Below, in pieces: positions 1 through 10,606 of a stretch of 27,429 nucleotides of DNA. The DNA is taken from contig SLFE01000151.1 of assembly GCA_007124415.1 (NCBI GenBank), forward strand, positions 1 to 27,429, written 5' to 3'. Source of the stretch: Waddliaceae bacterium (GTDB taxonomy: Bacteria; Chlamydiota; Chlamydiia; Chlamydiales; SLFE01). Positions within the stretch are counted from its first letter, which is position 1. Each line of letters opens with the position of its first letter. Both the position numbers and the translations under genes were made by a program. The notes beneath the pieces are model-generated. The model was given only the letters and a program-made list of their open reading frames with translations, did no database searches and had not been told where the DNA came from.

Positions 1-175
1 CGGTCAGGACTTGATTGACAAGTCCCCGGTTTTTATGCAGAAAATGCTTATTCGTTTGTGGGTCGTATGTGAATATTCCGGCTGCGTCTTGCCCGCGGTG
101 CTGCAGCTGGATCATGCTTTGATAAATCCATTCGGCTACCGGCTCTTCATCTATGATTGCGATGATCCCGCACAC
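1..175 (-). CDS. purF: Amidophosphoribosyltransferase, 5' part only (runs off the window edge; absent from the ORF track)
   Basis: Manual translation from GTG at 175: MCGIIAIIDEEPVAEWIYQSMIQLQHRGQDAAGIFTYD. This has the N-terminal nucleophile Cys2 and the LQHRGQDAAGI PurF motif. GAGGAGG Shine-Dalgarno lies about 8 nt upstream, inside the purD 3' end. Confidence 0.95.
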   Translation of the reverse strand, partial: MCGIIAIIDEEPVAEWIYQSMIQLQHRGQDAAGIFTYDPQTNKHFLHKNRGLVNQVLT

Positions 176-1464
176 TCTTTAACCTCCTCGCTTATCATTG
201 CCTGTCCGGCAATATCCCGTCTATAGTGGGCGTCTGTAAACGATATTTTGACAACGCCTTTGTAGGCCTTATCCACAGCTTCGTTTAAATTTTGTCCGAT
301 TCCTGCGACGCCTACAACTCTTCCGCCTGCTGTCACGACTTGCCCCCGATCATCGACAGCTGTGCCTGCGTGGTAGATATTTATGGATTCATCCTGATTG
401 AAAGCGTCAATATTTTCTATGTCATAGCCCGTTTGGTAGGCATGGGGATAACCGCCGGAGCACATGACCACGACGCAGGCTGAACCCGGATTCCATACTA
501 TGTCGATTTCTTTAAGGCAGCCGCGGCAGCACGCCAGCATAATTTGGGCCAGATCGCTTTCAAGCAAGGGAAGGACGGCTTGGGCCTCGGGGTCGCCGAA
601 GCGGCAATTGTATTCGAGCACCTTTGGTCCGTCGTTTGTTAAAATGATTCCAAAATATAAAACGCCTTGATATACAATCTCTTCTGCCTTCAGCCCCCGG
701 CTTGTCGGGTGGATGATTTCCTCTGTGATGGTTTTCATGATGTCTTCAGTGACGAAGGGAGCTGGGGCATAGGCGCCGACTCCTCCGGTATTGGGGCCGG
801 CATCATTTTCAAGGAGCCTTTTGTGGTCCTGAGAAGGGAGCATCGGAATCATTGTATTGCCGTCGCAAAATGCCAGAAGCGAACATTCCGGCCCCTTCAG
901 CAACTTTTCGATGACGATTTCGTTGCATGCGGCTCCGTACCTTTTTTGTTCGAAAAGAATTTTGACAGCTTCTTCTGCAGTTCCGCGCGACTTGCAAACC
1001 ATGACCCCTTTTCCGGCGGTGAGTCCGTAAGGTTTAAGGACTACGCCTTGCCACTCGTCAAAATATTTATCGATAATGGCGCGAGCCTCTACAGCGCTGC
1101 GGCATATTTCAAAAGGAGCTGTTGGGATATCGTGGCGTCCCATGAATTTTTTTGCGAATATTTTACTGCTCTCGAGTTTGGTCGCGTGTTTTCTCGGTCC
1201 GAAAAGAGTGAGTCCGCGGTTTGAGAAGATGTCTTTGATCCCCTTGGCCAAAAAGTCTTCCGGTCCTGCAACGGTCAGATCTATCCCTTTGTCTTCCACA
1301 AAATCGGCAACTTCGTCGAAATTGTTTAAATCGACTTTTTCAGGAGGAGTGAATTTTTTTGTTCCTGCATTTCCGGGAAGCGAAAAGACTGTGTGCCCTT
1401 GCCTTGAAAAAGTTTGGCATAATACGTGCTCGCGGCCTCCCGATCCAATAACAAGCACCTTCAT
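151..1464 (-). CDS. purD: Phosphoribosylamine-glycine ligase (GAR synthetase)
   Basis: MKVLVIGSGGREH, GLTAGKGV, QDHKRL..D.GPNTGG.GAYAP, EYNCRFGDPEAQ, TAGGRV and YRRDIA motifs. Confidence 0.98.
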   Translation of the reverse strand: MKVLVIGSGGREHVLCQTFSRQGHTVFSLPGNAGTKKFTPPEKVDLNNFDEVADFVEDKGIDLTVAGPEDFLAKGIKDIFSNRGLTLFGPRKHATKLESSKIFAKKFMGRHDIPTAPFEICRSAVEARAIIDKYFDEWQGVVLKPYGLTAGKGVMVCKSRGTAEEAVKILFEQKRYGAACNEIVIEKLLKGPECSLLAFCDGNTMIPMLPSQDHKRLLENDAGPNTGGVGAYAPAPFVTEDIMKTITEEIIHPTSRGLKAEEIVYQGVLYFGIILTNDGPKVLEYNCRFGDPEAQAVLPLLESDLAQIMLACCRGCLKEIDIVWNPGSACVVVMCSGGYPHAYQTGYDIENIDAFNQDESINIYHAGTAVDDRGQVVTAGGRVVGVAGIGQNLNEAVDKAYKGVVKISFTDAHYRRDIAGQAMISEEVKECAGSSQS

Positions 1465-2777
1465 GATTGCCCCTCCAGAATCCTCAATGCTGCCAATGCC
1501 GCATTTCCCGGATCGACAACTGTCATGACAGGAACCTGGCTCGGCATTTGCAGCGACGAGTGGATGTTGACGAGATAGTCGCTATGGTCTTTGAATGGGG
1601 GGCAGGCGATAACGGGCCATTTTGTATTGGCCGCGACAACGCCTGATAAGGCGTTGCTCCTTCCCGCTATGGTTATAAAAACGACAGGTTCCAGGGATTG
1701 ATTCAATTGTTCGATTAAATCGACGACTTTTAAGGTGTTCTTGTGCGCAGAAGCTGTTAAGACGTTGTAGGGCAGACCCTGCTTGTCAAATGTTTTCGTA
1801 ATCTTTTCGGCATGGGGCAAATCCTTGTCGCTTCCTAAAATAAGCTGACAGAATGTTCCCTTGATGAGGTGCTGGCTTTTTAGATTTCCGACAAGCCTCG
1901 CGTGGGCATTTGACTCTCCGCTTTCCGGCGCTTCTCCGGTAATGGCCCGGCACACGTCTAGATACCCTTTTCTGATTTCCTCTATTGTCTTTTTCGGCAG
2001 GCTGGGGATATCCCCGTCGCCTGTGAATCCCAAGCCGCGGCCCCACTGTCTGACAAATTCTTTATCCGGAAAGCGTATCTGTTTTTTTTCGCGCTCGCTT
2101 GTAAACCAATAACGTGAGGAATCGGGCGTGTGAATTTCGTCGATTAAGATCAGTTTTCCGTCGCTGTCAAGGCCGAATTCGTATTTAGTGTCGACAAGGA
2201 TCAGTCCTCTTTTACCGACGATTTCCTGTCCTCGCTTAAAAAGTCTTAATGAGATCGCTTCCATCTCGTTCCAGTGATCTTCGGAGACGATTCCGCTGCT
2301 TATCAGTTCCTCTTTAGTGATATCTTCATCATGGCCTTTTTCGCTTTTTGTCGTGGGGGTGACAATCGGATGGGGGAGGGGGTCGTTTTCCTTGAGTCCG
2401 TCGGGAATGGGAATTCCGCACTTTTCCCGCTTGCCTGACTGATAGTCGCGCCACATAGACCCGGCGAGGTATCCTCGAACAATCATTTCGACCATAATCG
2501 GACGGCATTTTTTCACGACCATTACATTCGGGTCGGGGTAGGAAATGAGATGGTTGGAAATGATGTCTTTTGTCTGCTCGAACCAAAATCGCGAAATTTG
2601 GTTGAGGATGCTTCCTTTATCGGGAATGGCCTCGTTAAGGATGCGATCGAAGATGGAAATCCTGTCGCTCGTGATCAAAGTGAGCGATTCTCCGTTCTCG
2701 TAGATGTCTCTTACCTTCCCCTTTTTGGGGATGCCTAGTTCGGGAATAAATGTATGGGATAATGCGCTGTTTGGCAT
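1461..2777 (-). CDS. purC-purE: Bifunctional SAICAR synthetase (N-terminal PurC) / class II AIR carboxylase (C-terminal PurE), PAICS-like
   Basis: N-terminal: GKVRDIY, SDRISIFD, VEMIVRGYLAGS, TPTTK, LVDTKYEFG, DEIHTPDSSRYW, DKEFVR. C-terminal: ILGSDKD, SAHK, ITIAGRSNALSG, VIACPP, SSLQMPS. Single uninterrupted 438-aa ORF. Confidence 0.95.
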   Translation of the reverse strand: MPNSALSHTFIPELGIPKKGKVRDIYENGESLTLITSDRISIFDRILNEAIPDKGSILNQISRFWFEQTKDIISNHLISYPDPNVMVVKKCRPIMVEMIVRGYLAGSMWRDYQSGKREKCGIPIPDGLKENDPLPHPIVTPTTKSEKGHDEDITKEELISSGIVSEDHWNEMEAISLRLFKRGQEIVGKRGLILVDTKYEFGLDSDGKLILIDEIHTPDSSRYWFTSEREKKQIRFPDKEFVRQWGRGLGFTGDGDIPSLPKKTIEEIRKGYLDVCRAITGEAPESGESNAHARLVGNLKSQHLIKGTFCQLILGSDKDLPHAEKITKTFDKQGLPYNVLTASAHKNTLKVVDLIEQLNQSLEPVVFITIAGRSNALSGVVAANTKWPVIACPPFKDHSDYLVNIHSSLQMPSQVPVMTVVDPGNAALAALRILEGQS

Positions 2778-2791
2778 AAAATTGACTCCTA

Positions 2792-4399
2792 TTAGTGTGA
2801 AAAATATCTTTTACCTGTAAAAATCATGCACATGCCGAGTTCGTCGGCAGTTTTGATAACCTGCTGATCTCTTTTAGAGCCTCCCGGTTGTATGCAATAT
2901 TTCAAACCGAATTTTGCTGCGCTGCGGATGCTGTCGTCAAAGGGAAAAAAGCCGTCGCTTGCCATCACGCATTTTGACAGGTCGGCGAGAGGGTCATACT
3001 CTGTATTGCCTTCATTTTCTCTTTGGAGGTTTTCAATAGCGCGCGGTATTGCGAGCCTTTCCAGACAATCGACACGGTTTGGCTGTCCGGCGCCGATTCC
3101 TAAAAGTTGAAATTCTTCTTCTCCGACTTCACGGGCTATGGCAATTGTATTCGATTTGGCAAAGTTGACGGCTGAGATGGCAAACTGAAAGAGCTTTTTT
3201 TGCTTAGGCGACGGCCTGTGCTTGGTGACAACGCCGTTTGACTGCAGGTCGCTCTCGTCCATTTCGTTAAATGTTTCTCTATTAGTTTGAACGAGCATCC
3301 CTCCGCTGATGTTTTTATAAATGAGTTTTCCATTGAATCCGTTCGGGATCTTGAGGAGGCGTAAATTCGGATAAGTTTCTTTGACCCATGAAATCAGCGT
3401 TTCGGAAAAGTCCGGGGCGAGAATAACCTCAATGAATTTTTTCTGCAGCAGGGGAACAAGCTCTTCAGTCACAGTGGAGTTGAAGGCGACAATGCTTCCG
3501 AATGCCGACTTCGGGTCTCCTTCCCAAGCGTGGTGGAACGCCTTGTAAAGATTCTTCGCGACAGCATAGCCGCAAAGGCTGCCGTGCTTGACTACGGCAA
3601 CGCCTGCATTATCCGAGATTCCGGTAAGCTGCTGAACGGCATTGTAGGCGACGGTTGCGTCTTCGTAGTTATTATAGGAGAGTTCTTTTCCCGACAAAAC
3701 ATCCGCCTGGGCGATTCCTGCTTGATCCTCGAATTGGTAGACCCAGGCCTTCTGGTCGGGATTTTCTCCATACCGGAGCTGCTGGCCTTGAACTAAAACG
3801 GGGCGGCTTGTCTTTTCGTTGGCCAGTCTTTCGGTAAACTCTTCAGCTAGAAGCGATTCATAATCGGCACTGTAGTTGATTGCTTTGACTGCCAATTTTT
3901 TACGGGTCTGAAGCGAAATGTCGCGCGACGACTCAAGCTCGTCGAGTATGTCGTCGTAATCGATAGGGTCGACAACGACTGCCACATGGAAATAATTTTT
4001 GATGGCGCTTCTGATCAGCGTCGAACCCCCGATGTCCATATGTTCGACCAGCTCGTCGAATGCCAAGTCCTCGCTTAAGGCCGATTCAAAATCATAGAGG
4101 TTGCAAATGACCATGTCGATGGGACTGACTCCCAGCTTCTCGGCTTCGCTGTCATGGTCTCCCCGCTTAAAAAGGAGTCCTCCTGCAATTTTGGGGTGCA
4201 AGGTTTTGACTCGGCCCTCGAAGCATTCGGGAAAACCTGTATAGTCGGAAATGGATATTGGATCGTGCCCTCCCATTTCCAAAGTTTTTGCCGTCCCTCC
4301 TGAAGCGATGAAAGTGATATCGGGATAATAGGATTTCAGGCCGTTTGCAAATTCAATCAATCCCATTTTGTCTGTAACGCTGACAAGCACTGTCTTCAT
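2792..4399 (-). CDS. purH: Bifunctional AICAR transformylase / IMP cyclohydrolase
   Basis: LVSVTDK, SGGTAK, GRVKTLHPKI.GG, DIGGSTLIRSA.KN, LRYGENPDQ, LSYNN, KHGSLCG, GQPNRVD, ASDGFFPF, IQPGGS, TGKRYFSH. Confidence 0.98.
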   Translation of the reverse strand: MKTVLVSVTDKMGLIEFANGLKSYYPDITFIASGGTAKTLEMGGHDPISISDYTGFPECFEGRVKTLHPKIAGGLLFKRGDHDSEAEKLGVSPIDMVICNLYDFESALSEDLAFDELVEHMDIGGSTLIRSAIKNYFHVAVVVDPIDYDDILDELESSRDISLQTRKKLAVKAINYSADYESLLAEEFTERLANEKTSRPVLVQGQQLRYGENPDQKAWVYQFEDQAGIAQADVLSGKELSYNNYEDATVAYNAVQQLTGISDNAGVAVVKHGSLCGYAVAKNLYKAFHHAWEGDPKSAFGSIVAFNSTVTEELVPLLQKKFIEVILAPDFSETLISWVKETYPNLRLLKIPNGFNGKLIYKNISGGMLVQTNRETFNEMDESDLQSNGVVTKHRPSPKQKKLFQFAISAVNFAKSNTIAIAREVGEEEFQLLGIGAGQPNRVDCLERLAIPRAIENLQRENEGNTEYDPLADLSKCVMASDGFFPFDDSIRSAAKFGLKYCIQPGGSKRDQQVIKTADELGMCMIFTGKRYFSH

Positions 4400-5172
4400 A
4401 CCGAATTCCTCAAGAAGTTTATAGCATTTTTAAAAAGTTTGTATCCGTCCCCGTATACCGGCAGAGCTTTTTCTGCTCGTTTTGCCGCCTCTTTTTCCCG
4501 GATCCAATTGGGATGGTTTGTAAAATAGAGGGCGGCCTCGGGGTGGGCCATCATTCCCAGGACGCGTCCTGTCGCGTCGCATATCCCTGCAATGCTTTCG
4601 GCAGAGCCGTTTGGGTTGGAGCCGCTGTATTGAAAAGCAATTTGATCTGAGCGTTTAAGCTCGCTTAAAGTTGCGTTATCGCAAGCGACAAATTTTCCTT
4701 CCCCGTGCCGGATGGGAAGAGAGAGTGTTTCAACTCCTGCAGTGAACACGCATTTCTTGCTTCCGGTTTTATGATCGATCCATCGATTGTCAAACCGCCC
4801 TGAATCATTATGCGTCAGCGAAACGGCCTGCTTTTCTGAAAATCCCGGCAGCAGCCCCAGTTTGACTAGTAGTTGAAAGCCGTTGCAGATGCCTAAAATG
4901 CATTTGCCCTCATTAACGAATTTTTTTAACTGTGAAATTAAGGGGCTTTGTTTTAGGCGGTTGGCAAAGACTTTTGCCGCGCCGAGCTCGTCGCCGAAGG
5001 AAAAACCACCGGGAAGGCAGAGAAAATGATAGGTATTGAGATCGACTTGACCTAGAAGCAGCTTTTGCGCATGCACGATGTCTGCTTTTCCTCCCGCTAT
5101 TTCGCAGGCAGAGGCCATTTCTTTTTCACAGTTGATTCCATAACCTGAGATGACAAGGGATTTCACCTCCAT
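4396..5172 (-). CDS. purQ: FGAM synthase glutaminase subunit; start revised to ATG 5172 (TAATG overlap with the purL stop)
   Basis: GYGINCEKE, PGGFSFGD, LGICNGFQLL (catalytic Cys), PIRHGEG, NPNGS, GMMAHPE (His-Glu of the triad). Confidence 0.96.
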   Translation of the reverse strand: MEVKSLVISGYGINCEKEMASACEIAGGKADIVHAQKLLLGQVDLNTYHFLCLPGGFSFGDELGAAKVFANRLKQSPLISQLKKFVNEGKCILGICNGFQLLVKLGLLPGFSEKQAVSLTHNDSGRFDNRWIDHKTGSKKCVFTAGVETLSLPIRHGEGKFVACDNATLSELKRSDQIAFQYSGSNPNGSAESIAGICDATGRVLGMMAHPEAALYFTNHPNWIREKEAAKRAEKALPVYGDGYKLFKNAINFLRNSV

Positions 5173-8105
5173 TAAATAAGACCTCCAAGGGCATACTGCC
5201 ATGAAGCTTTTAGAGATTCAATACCTTCTTTTATGAGAATATCCCCATCAGCCCCGATGATCGTTAAACATGGATCCTGTTCGACAACACCGATTTTTCT
5301 GGCATCGGGACATATTTCTTCAAACCTGGAGGCGTTTTTCGGGTCAACCGTAGCGACAAAGCGGCTTGGCGTTTCCGAAAAGAGCCGTTCGGAGCCTGTC
5401 AGCGTTTTGTCGCAGTTCATCCGTTCAAGATGTACGGCCATGCCGAGGCCGCCGGCAAAAGCCGACTCTGCAAGGGCGACCGCTAAGCCCCCTTCGGAAC
5501 AGTCGTGGCATGAGGCGAGAAGTTCGAACTCGATTGCCCTATGAAGAGCCAGATACCTCGCTTTGGCTTTTTGAGGGTTCACCTTGGGCACCTCGCCACC
5601 CTCGATCTCCAGAAGAGCTGCCAGTTCGGATCCGCCGAGTTCGTTTTTTGTCTCTCCTATCAAGTAAACGTTGTCTCCTGCGCACTTGACGTCCATGGAA
5701 ACGGTTTTTTGAATGTCGTCTATTTTGGCTATGGCAGATATGAGCAGAGTCGGTTTGATCGAAATTTTTTTTCCTTCGATGTTGGCATCGTTTTTCATGC
5801 TGTCTTTGCCCGATATAAGGGGGATTTCGAAGGCGATGCAAAGATCGTACAGGGCTTGATTGGCCCGGACCAGCTGAGCGAGCTTGTGTTTGCCGTCGGG
5901 CGTTTTTTCGAGATCATAAACCGGATCGGGCCAGCAGAAATTATCGAGTATGGCTATCGTTTTAGGGTCTGATCCAACGGCCACGCAGTTTCTCACGGCC
6001 TCATCGACGGCACAGGCGGCCATATGGTAGGCATCCAAAGGGCTGTAGCGGGGGCAGATGCCGTTCGAGAGGGCAATACCGGTTTTTTGATCCAAAGTCT
6101 CCAGGGGTTTTAAGACTGCCGCGTCGCTTGGGCCGTCATTGTCAATCCCTGTCAGCGGCTTTAGGACGCTCCCTCCCTGCACTTCATGATCATACTGCCT
6201 GATAACCGATTCTTTACTGCAAATATTGAAACGGCCGAGAAGATCGTGCAAAGTTTTTCCGTGGTTAAGAGCCGGCAGCCTTATCGGCGCGGATTCATTA
6301 GAAACCCATTCGGCGGCAAGCTCCATCTGCGGCAGCCCCTTGTGCATGAACGAGAGGGGCAGCATTCCGACGGTTTCGTTTTCATATAGGGCGTGAAAGT
6401 ATCCCGTATCGGTAAAAGTGCCGATGACGCACAGTTCGATTTCGTGGACTTTTGAGAGACATGCAAGGTCGTTCCATGAGCCTTGTGCAACAGCCAGCGT
6501 CATCCTTTCTTGTGATTCGCTGAGCAGAATCTCCCAGGGAGCGAGATTGTCCTGTTTTAGGAGAGCTTGATCCAGATGAATTTCGCAGCCGCCCGACAAT
6601 TCGGCCAGTTCGCCGACTGAGGAGGAGAATCCTCCTGCACCGTTATCGGTGACTGTCCGATAATATCCTTTGTCTCGGGCATCGAGAAGAAAGTCATGGA
6701 GTTTTTTTTGAGTGAACGGATCGCCGATCTGGACAGCGCTGGAGGGGCTCTCGGAGCTTAGCTCCTCCGAAGAAAACGTCGCTCCGTGGATGCCGTCTTT
6801 TCCGGTTCTTCCGCCCGCGGCCACAATCAAATCCCCGGGAAAAATTTCCTTTAAGTGCGAGTCCTTTCCATTAACCCTTGCAGGCATGATCCCGACGCTG
6901 CCGCAGTAGACGAGGGGTTTTCCCGCATAGCAGTCATCAAAGACGACAGCCCCGTTGACTGTCGGAACTCCACTTTTGTTCCCCCCGTGTTCAATGCCGA
7001 GGCGGACGCCGTCGAATATCCGCTTCGGGTGAAGAAGCCGTTTCGGCAAAGGCTTGTTATAATTAGGCGGGGCAAAGCATAAAATATCGGTATTGGCTAT
7101 CAGCCTGGCGCCGATGCCGGCTCCCATGATGTCGCGGTTTACGCCCAGAATACCGGTCAAGGCCCCGCCATAAGGATCGAGTGCCGAGGGGCTGTTGTGC
7201 GTTTCCACTTTGAAGGCGAGGTTGTACTTATCGTCAAACTTGATGATTCCGGCATTGTCGGTGAAGACTGAAACCAGCCACGGACACTTTTCGCGTAAAT
7301 CTTCGGTGGCCCGGACAATGTAGGTTTTAAAAAGGCTGTCGATGATTGTCGTTTTCCCGTCTTCTGTGTAATGGATCTTAGCCTGAAAGATTTTGTGCTT
7401 GCAATGTTCGCTCCAGGTTTGGGCCAGAGCCTCGAGTTCAACGTCGGTCGGCCCGGGCGGCAGGCCGTGGGAGTCTCTTAATCGCTTGGCGTCGTTTGAG
7501 AGGTAATATTTCTGAATCGCCTTCATCTCCCCGAGCGTCAGAGCGAGCTGCCGCGACTTGCTGATCTCGGCAAGCTCTTCATCCGAAACATTGAGATCAA
7601 TCACTTCAATTCCTGTATGGGGCAATCCGGTATTCCTTATGGAAATGGATTCTATCAAAGGATTGGCAAGAAGCTCCTCTGCGATACTTTTGGCATCTTC
7701 TAAGGAAATTTTCCCTTTGATCAATGTGATGGTTGACGAGTGTACGGATTCGCCCGGATTAAAAGGGGCGGTTAAATAGTCTTCGATAGTGATGCGGGCC
7801 GTATTTCCCGCATTGTCGGTAACCCCGTCCTTGTAGGCCACCTCGATCATCCAGTTAAAGTCTGCAAGGCTTTCAAGATGAACTCTTGTTTCGAGAATCG
7901 GATCGATCAGCAAGTGCTCGGCAATTTCTTCGATTAGATCCGGAGCCAGGTCCTTGACTATCCGATAGGCCCTCAGCATTTTAATGTTTTCAATTTCGAG
8001 GCGAAGATACTGTTTGACCGCTTTTAGCAAACGGAGCGATTTGTGGTCGTGCCCGGATTCTTTTGGACCAATGATCACTTGATGCGTTTGCAATGCCGAT
8101 TTCAT
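5172..8105 (-). CDS. purL: FGAM synthase synthetase subunit with N-terminal tandem PurS-like region; probable start ATG 8105 (ATGA overlap with purM)
   Basis: [76 protein letters not shown]. The N-terminal region has LLIDPILE and LLANPLIE (PurS-like). Confidence 0.96.
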   Translation of the reverse strand: MKSALQTHQVIIGPKESGHDHKSLRLLKAVKQYLRLEIENIKMLRAYRIVKDLAPDLIEEIAEHLLIDPILETRVHLESLADFNWMIEVAYKDGVTDNAGNTARITIEDYLTAPFNPGESVHSSTITLIKGKISLEDAKSIAEELLANPLIESISIRNTGLPHTGIEVIDLNVSDEELAEISKSRQLALTLGEMKAIQKYYLSNDAKRLRDSHGLPPGPTDVELEALAQTWSEHCKHKIFQAKIHYTEDGKTTIIDSLFKTYIVRATEDLREKCPWLVSVFTDNAGIIKFDDKYNLAFKVETHNSPSALDPYGGALTGILGVNRDIMGAGIGARLIANTDILCFAPPNYNKPLPKRLLHPKRIFDGVRLGIEHGGNKSGVPTVNGAVVFDDCYAGKPLVYCGSVGIMPARVNGKDSHLKEIFPGDLIVAAGGRTGKDGIHGATFSSEELSSESPSSAVQIGDPFTQKKLHDFLLDARDKGYYRTVTDNGAGGFSSSVGELAELSGGCEIHLDQALLKQDNLAPWEILLSESQERMTLAVAQGSWNDLACLSKVHEIELCVIGTFTDTGYFHALYENETVGMLPLSFMHKGLPQMELAAEWVSNESAPIRLPALNHGKTLHDLLGRFNICSKESVIRQYDHEVQGGSVLKPLTGIDNDGPSDAAVLKPLETLDQKTGIALSNGICPRYSPLDAYHMAACAVDEAVRNCVAVGSDPKTIAILDNFCWPDPVYDLEKTPDGKHKLAQLVRANQALYDLCIAFEIPLISGKDSMKNDANIEGKKISIKPTLLISAIAKIDDIQKTVSMDVKCAGDNVYLIGETKNELGGSELAALLEIEGGEVPKVNPQKAKARYLALHRAIEFELLASCHDCSEGGLAVALAESAFAGGLGMAVHLERMNCDKTLTGSERLFSETPSRFVATVDPKNASRFEEICPDARKIGVVEQDPCLTIIGADGDILIKEGIESLKASWQYALGGLI

Positions 8106-9040
8106 GCCCACCGGACTCCTTTACCCTTGATAACAGCTCCGATTTCAAAAAAATCATCGTGCGAGCAGATTTGTAAAGATGATTCGGAATCGGCAATGAG
8201 GGCAAATCCGATGCCCATGTTAAAAGTTTTGAACATATCTTCCTCAGGTACATTCCCTTTTTCTTTCAGCCAGTCGAATACAGGGGGGATTTTCCAAAGC
8301 GATTTGTCTATGAGCACACCTAATCCTTCCGGCAGGGATCGGGGCAGATTATCAGTTAAACCTCCTCCGGTGATATGGGCCATCCCTTTAATTTTGTATT
8401 GATCGAGCAAGTCGAGAACCTGTTTCACATAAATGCGCGTTGGCCGGAGGAGCTCATCAATGAGGGAATCGGGATGGGGATTTTCGGTAAGGATTTTTCT
8501 GACGAGGGAAAAGCCGTTGCTGTGGACTCCCGATGAGGCAATCCCGATCACTTTATCGCCTTCGATAATCCCGCTTCCGTCGATCACCTTGTCTTTATCG
8601 ACAACGCCTACAGCAAATCCGCTCAGATCGTATTCCTTTGGCCGGTAAAATCCCGGCATCTCGGCCGTTTCTCCCCCGAGAAGGGCGCAACCTGCCTCCT
8701 TGCAGCCTGCTGCAATCCCTTGAATGACACGTTCTGCCCGATCGACGTCGAGCTCAGATGTGGCGAAATAATCGAGAAAGAAAAGGGGTTTTGCTCCGCA
8801 GACAAGTATATCATTGACGCACATGGCGACAAGATCGATTCCGATTTTATCGTGGCAATCTGTTTGAAAGGCTAATTTAAGTTTGGTTCCCACGCCGTCG
8901 GTGCTGGCTGCAAGATATTGATCGCCGAAGGGATATAGGCCGCTAAAGCCCCCGATATCGGGAGATAACAGTTTGAGCCTTTTGACCAGCTCGGCTCCGG
9001 CGTCAATATCGACGCCGGCATCTTTATACATCATAGGCAA
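8102..9040 (-). CDS. purM: Phosphoribosylformylglycinamidine cyclo-ligase (AIR synthetase)
   Basis: [69 protein letters not shown]. Confidence 0.98.
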   Translation of the reverse strand: MPMMYKDAGVDIDAGAELVKRLKLLSPDIGGFSGLYPFGDQYLAASTDGVGTKLKLAFQTDCHDKIGIDLVAMCVNDILVCGAKPLFFLDYFATSELDVDRAERVIQGIAAGCKEAGCALLGGETAEMPGFYRPKEYDLSGFAVGVVDKDKVIDGSGIIEGDKVIGIASSGVHSNGFSLVRKILTENPHPDSLIDELLRPTRIYVKQVLDLLDQYKIKGMAHITGGGLTDNLPRSLPEGLGVLIDKSLWKIPPVFDWLKEKGNVPEEDMFKTFNMGIGFALIADSESSLQICSHDDFFEIGAVIKGKGVRWA

Positions 9041-9043
9041 GCT

Positions 9044-10600
9044 CTAGTTATAAATTAACTGTCCAGTTGAAGATGCGTTTTTTTGTTCGCGGTGATCGAA
9101 TTGAACTTCGTATAGGTTGTGCACGCTTCCTTCCCGCTTGGCGCCTTCCGATCGTCTTTCCAGTTCTATTCTGTTCTCTTTGGTTTTTTGTCTGATGTCT
9201 TCAACGCCTTTAAGCCCCAGCTTATGAAGTCCTTGGCGAACCCCTTGCATAAGGCAAGGAACCCAGTCAATAATGGATCCTTTTGTCGGCACCATCCCTT
9301 CGACGCCTTCGGGAACTTTCAATGCGCTCTGCTGTATGCCGTAGCGAACCGAGCTGCCTCGATCCATGGCGCGCATTGAGCCCATCCCGCGGTACTCTTT
9401 GATGATGATTCCATTTTTGATCTGTGTTTGACCGGGAGCTTCATCGGTGCAGGCTAAAAGGGACCCTAGCATAACGGCGCTTGCCCCCAGGCAAAGAGCT
9501 TTGATGATATCGGCGCTTTTGCTGATGCCCCCGTCGGCTATAACGGGAATTTCGTATTCGGCGCAAAGTTTCGCGCATTCATAGACGGCTGTGGCCTGTC
9601 CTCTTCCCACTCCTCCGACATCTTGGGTGGTGCAGATCGATCCCGAACCCATTCCGACGCGGATGCCGTCGGCTCCCGCTTCGATCAGAGCTTTGCAGGC
9701 GTCCTTTGTGACGACGTTGCCGCCGACAACCTGCAGGTCGGGATAATGTTTTTTTACCCATCGGATCAATTCGATTTCAAACGAGGTGTGGCCTTGAGAC
9801 GTATCGAAAACGATGACATCCACATCTTCGCTTATCGCTTCGAGTCGTTGATAAGCTCTTTCATGCCAAGTTTCTACCGCTGCTCCCACTTTAAGCCGTT
9901 TTGACCCGTCGCTGGTCGCATTCGGGCAGTTGAGGTACTTTTCCAAATCCGAGCGAGTGATGAAGTAAATCAAGTTGCCTTCCCTGTCAACGATGGGAAG
10001 GGCGGCGCTGTGGCTGTCAACGAGCCTTGCGTTGGCCTGATTGATGTCGAGCACGCCATTGACGCTTAAGTCCTCGAATGTGGCGATCGTGAGCTTTTCA
10101 ACCGAGATCATGCGCTCGGCGACCGTTTTTTCCAAATCCTCTTTTGTCAAAGTAGAATAATCATACTTGGTGATCATTCCAACAAGTCGGGAATGGGATT
10201 TACCGTCTTCGGTTATGGGAATTGTGGTGAAACCGTATTCCTCCCGAATCGCGACGATGTCGCGGATTTTCGCGGAGGGAGCAAGAGTCAGCGGATCATT
10301 GACAAAACCGCTTTTGAACCGCTTGACTTTTTGAATCTGCTTTTTCTGCTGTTCGGGGGACATATTATAGTGGATGAATCCCAAACCGCCCTGAAGGGCG
10401 AGAGCAATTGCCAGCTCGCCTTCGGTAACGGTGTCCATCGGCGAACTTGCTACAGGAATGTTGATTTCGGTTTCCCGGCTGATTTTGGTTTTCAGTGATA
10501 TGGAGTCGGGAGGAAAGTCAACATAGGCAGGCAGAAAAATCAAATCGTCATATGTGAGGCTGCTGCCTTCGAATTTTTCGAAAAACGACTTAATGTTCAT
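9044..10600 (-). CDS. guaB: IMP dehydrogenase with CBS subdomain, eukaryote-like signatures; start revised to ATG 10600
   Basis: [38 protein letters not shown] (catalytic Cys), IADGGI, YRGMGS, VPEGVEG. The ORF-track start at 10717 overlaps the upstream gene and adds 39 non-conserved residues. Confidence 0.96.
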   Translation of the reverse strand: MNIKSFFEKFEGSSLTYDDLIFLPAYVDFPPDSISLKTKISRETEINIPVASSPMDTVTEGELAIALALQGGLGFIHYNMSPEQQKKQIQKVKRFKSGFVNDPLTLAPSAKIRDIVAIREEYGFTTIPITEDGKSHSRLVGMITKYDYSTLTKEDLEKTVAERMISVEKLTIATFEDLSVNGVLDINQANARLVDSHSAALPIVDREGNLIYFITRSDLEKYLNCPNATSDGSKRLKVGAAVETWHERAYQRLEAISEDVDVIVFDTSQGHTSFEIELIRWVKKHYPDLQVVGGNVVTKDACKALIEAGADGIRVGMGSGSICTTQDVGGVGRGQATAVYECAKLCAEYEIPVIADGGISKSADIIKALCLGASAVMLGSLLACTDEAPGQTQIKNGIIIKEYRGMGSMRAMDRGSSVRYGIQQSALKVPEGVEGMVPTKGSIIDWVPCLMQGVRQGLHKLGLKGVEDIRQKTKENRIELERRSEGAKREGSVHNLYEVQFDHREQKNASSTGQLIYN

Positions 10601-10606
10601 GCTGGC

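Noticed and set aside
1461-2791. Pseudogene or frameshift artefact explaining the purC-purE fusion or the missing purK
   Set aside because: The ORF is continuous with intact motifs in both halves and a short linker. The class II signature explains the absence of purK.
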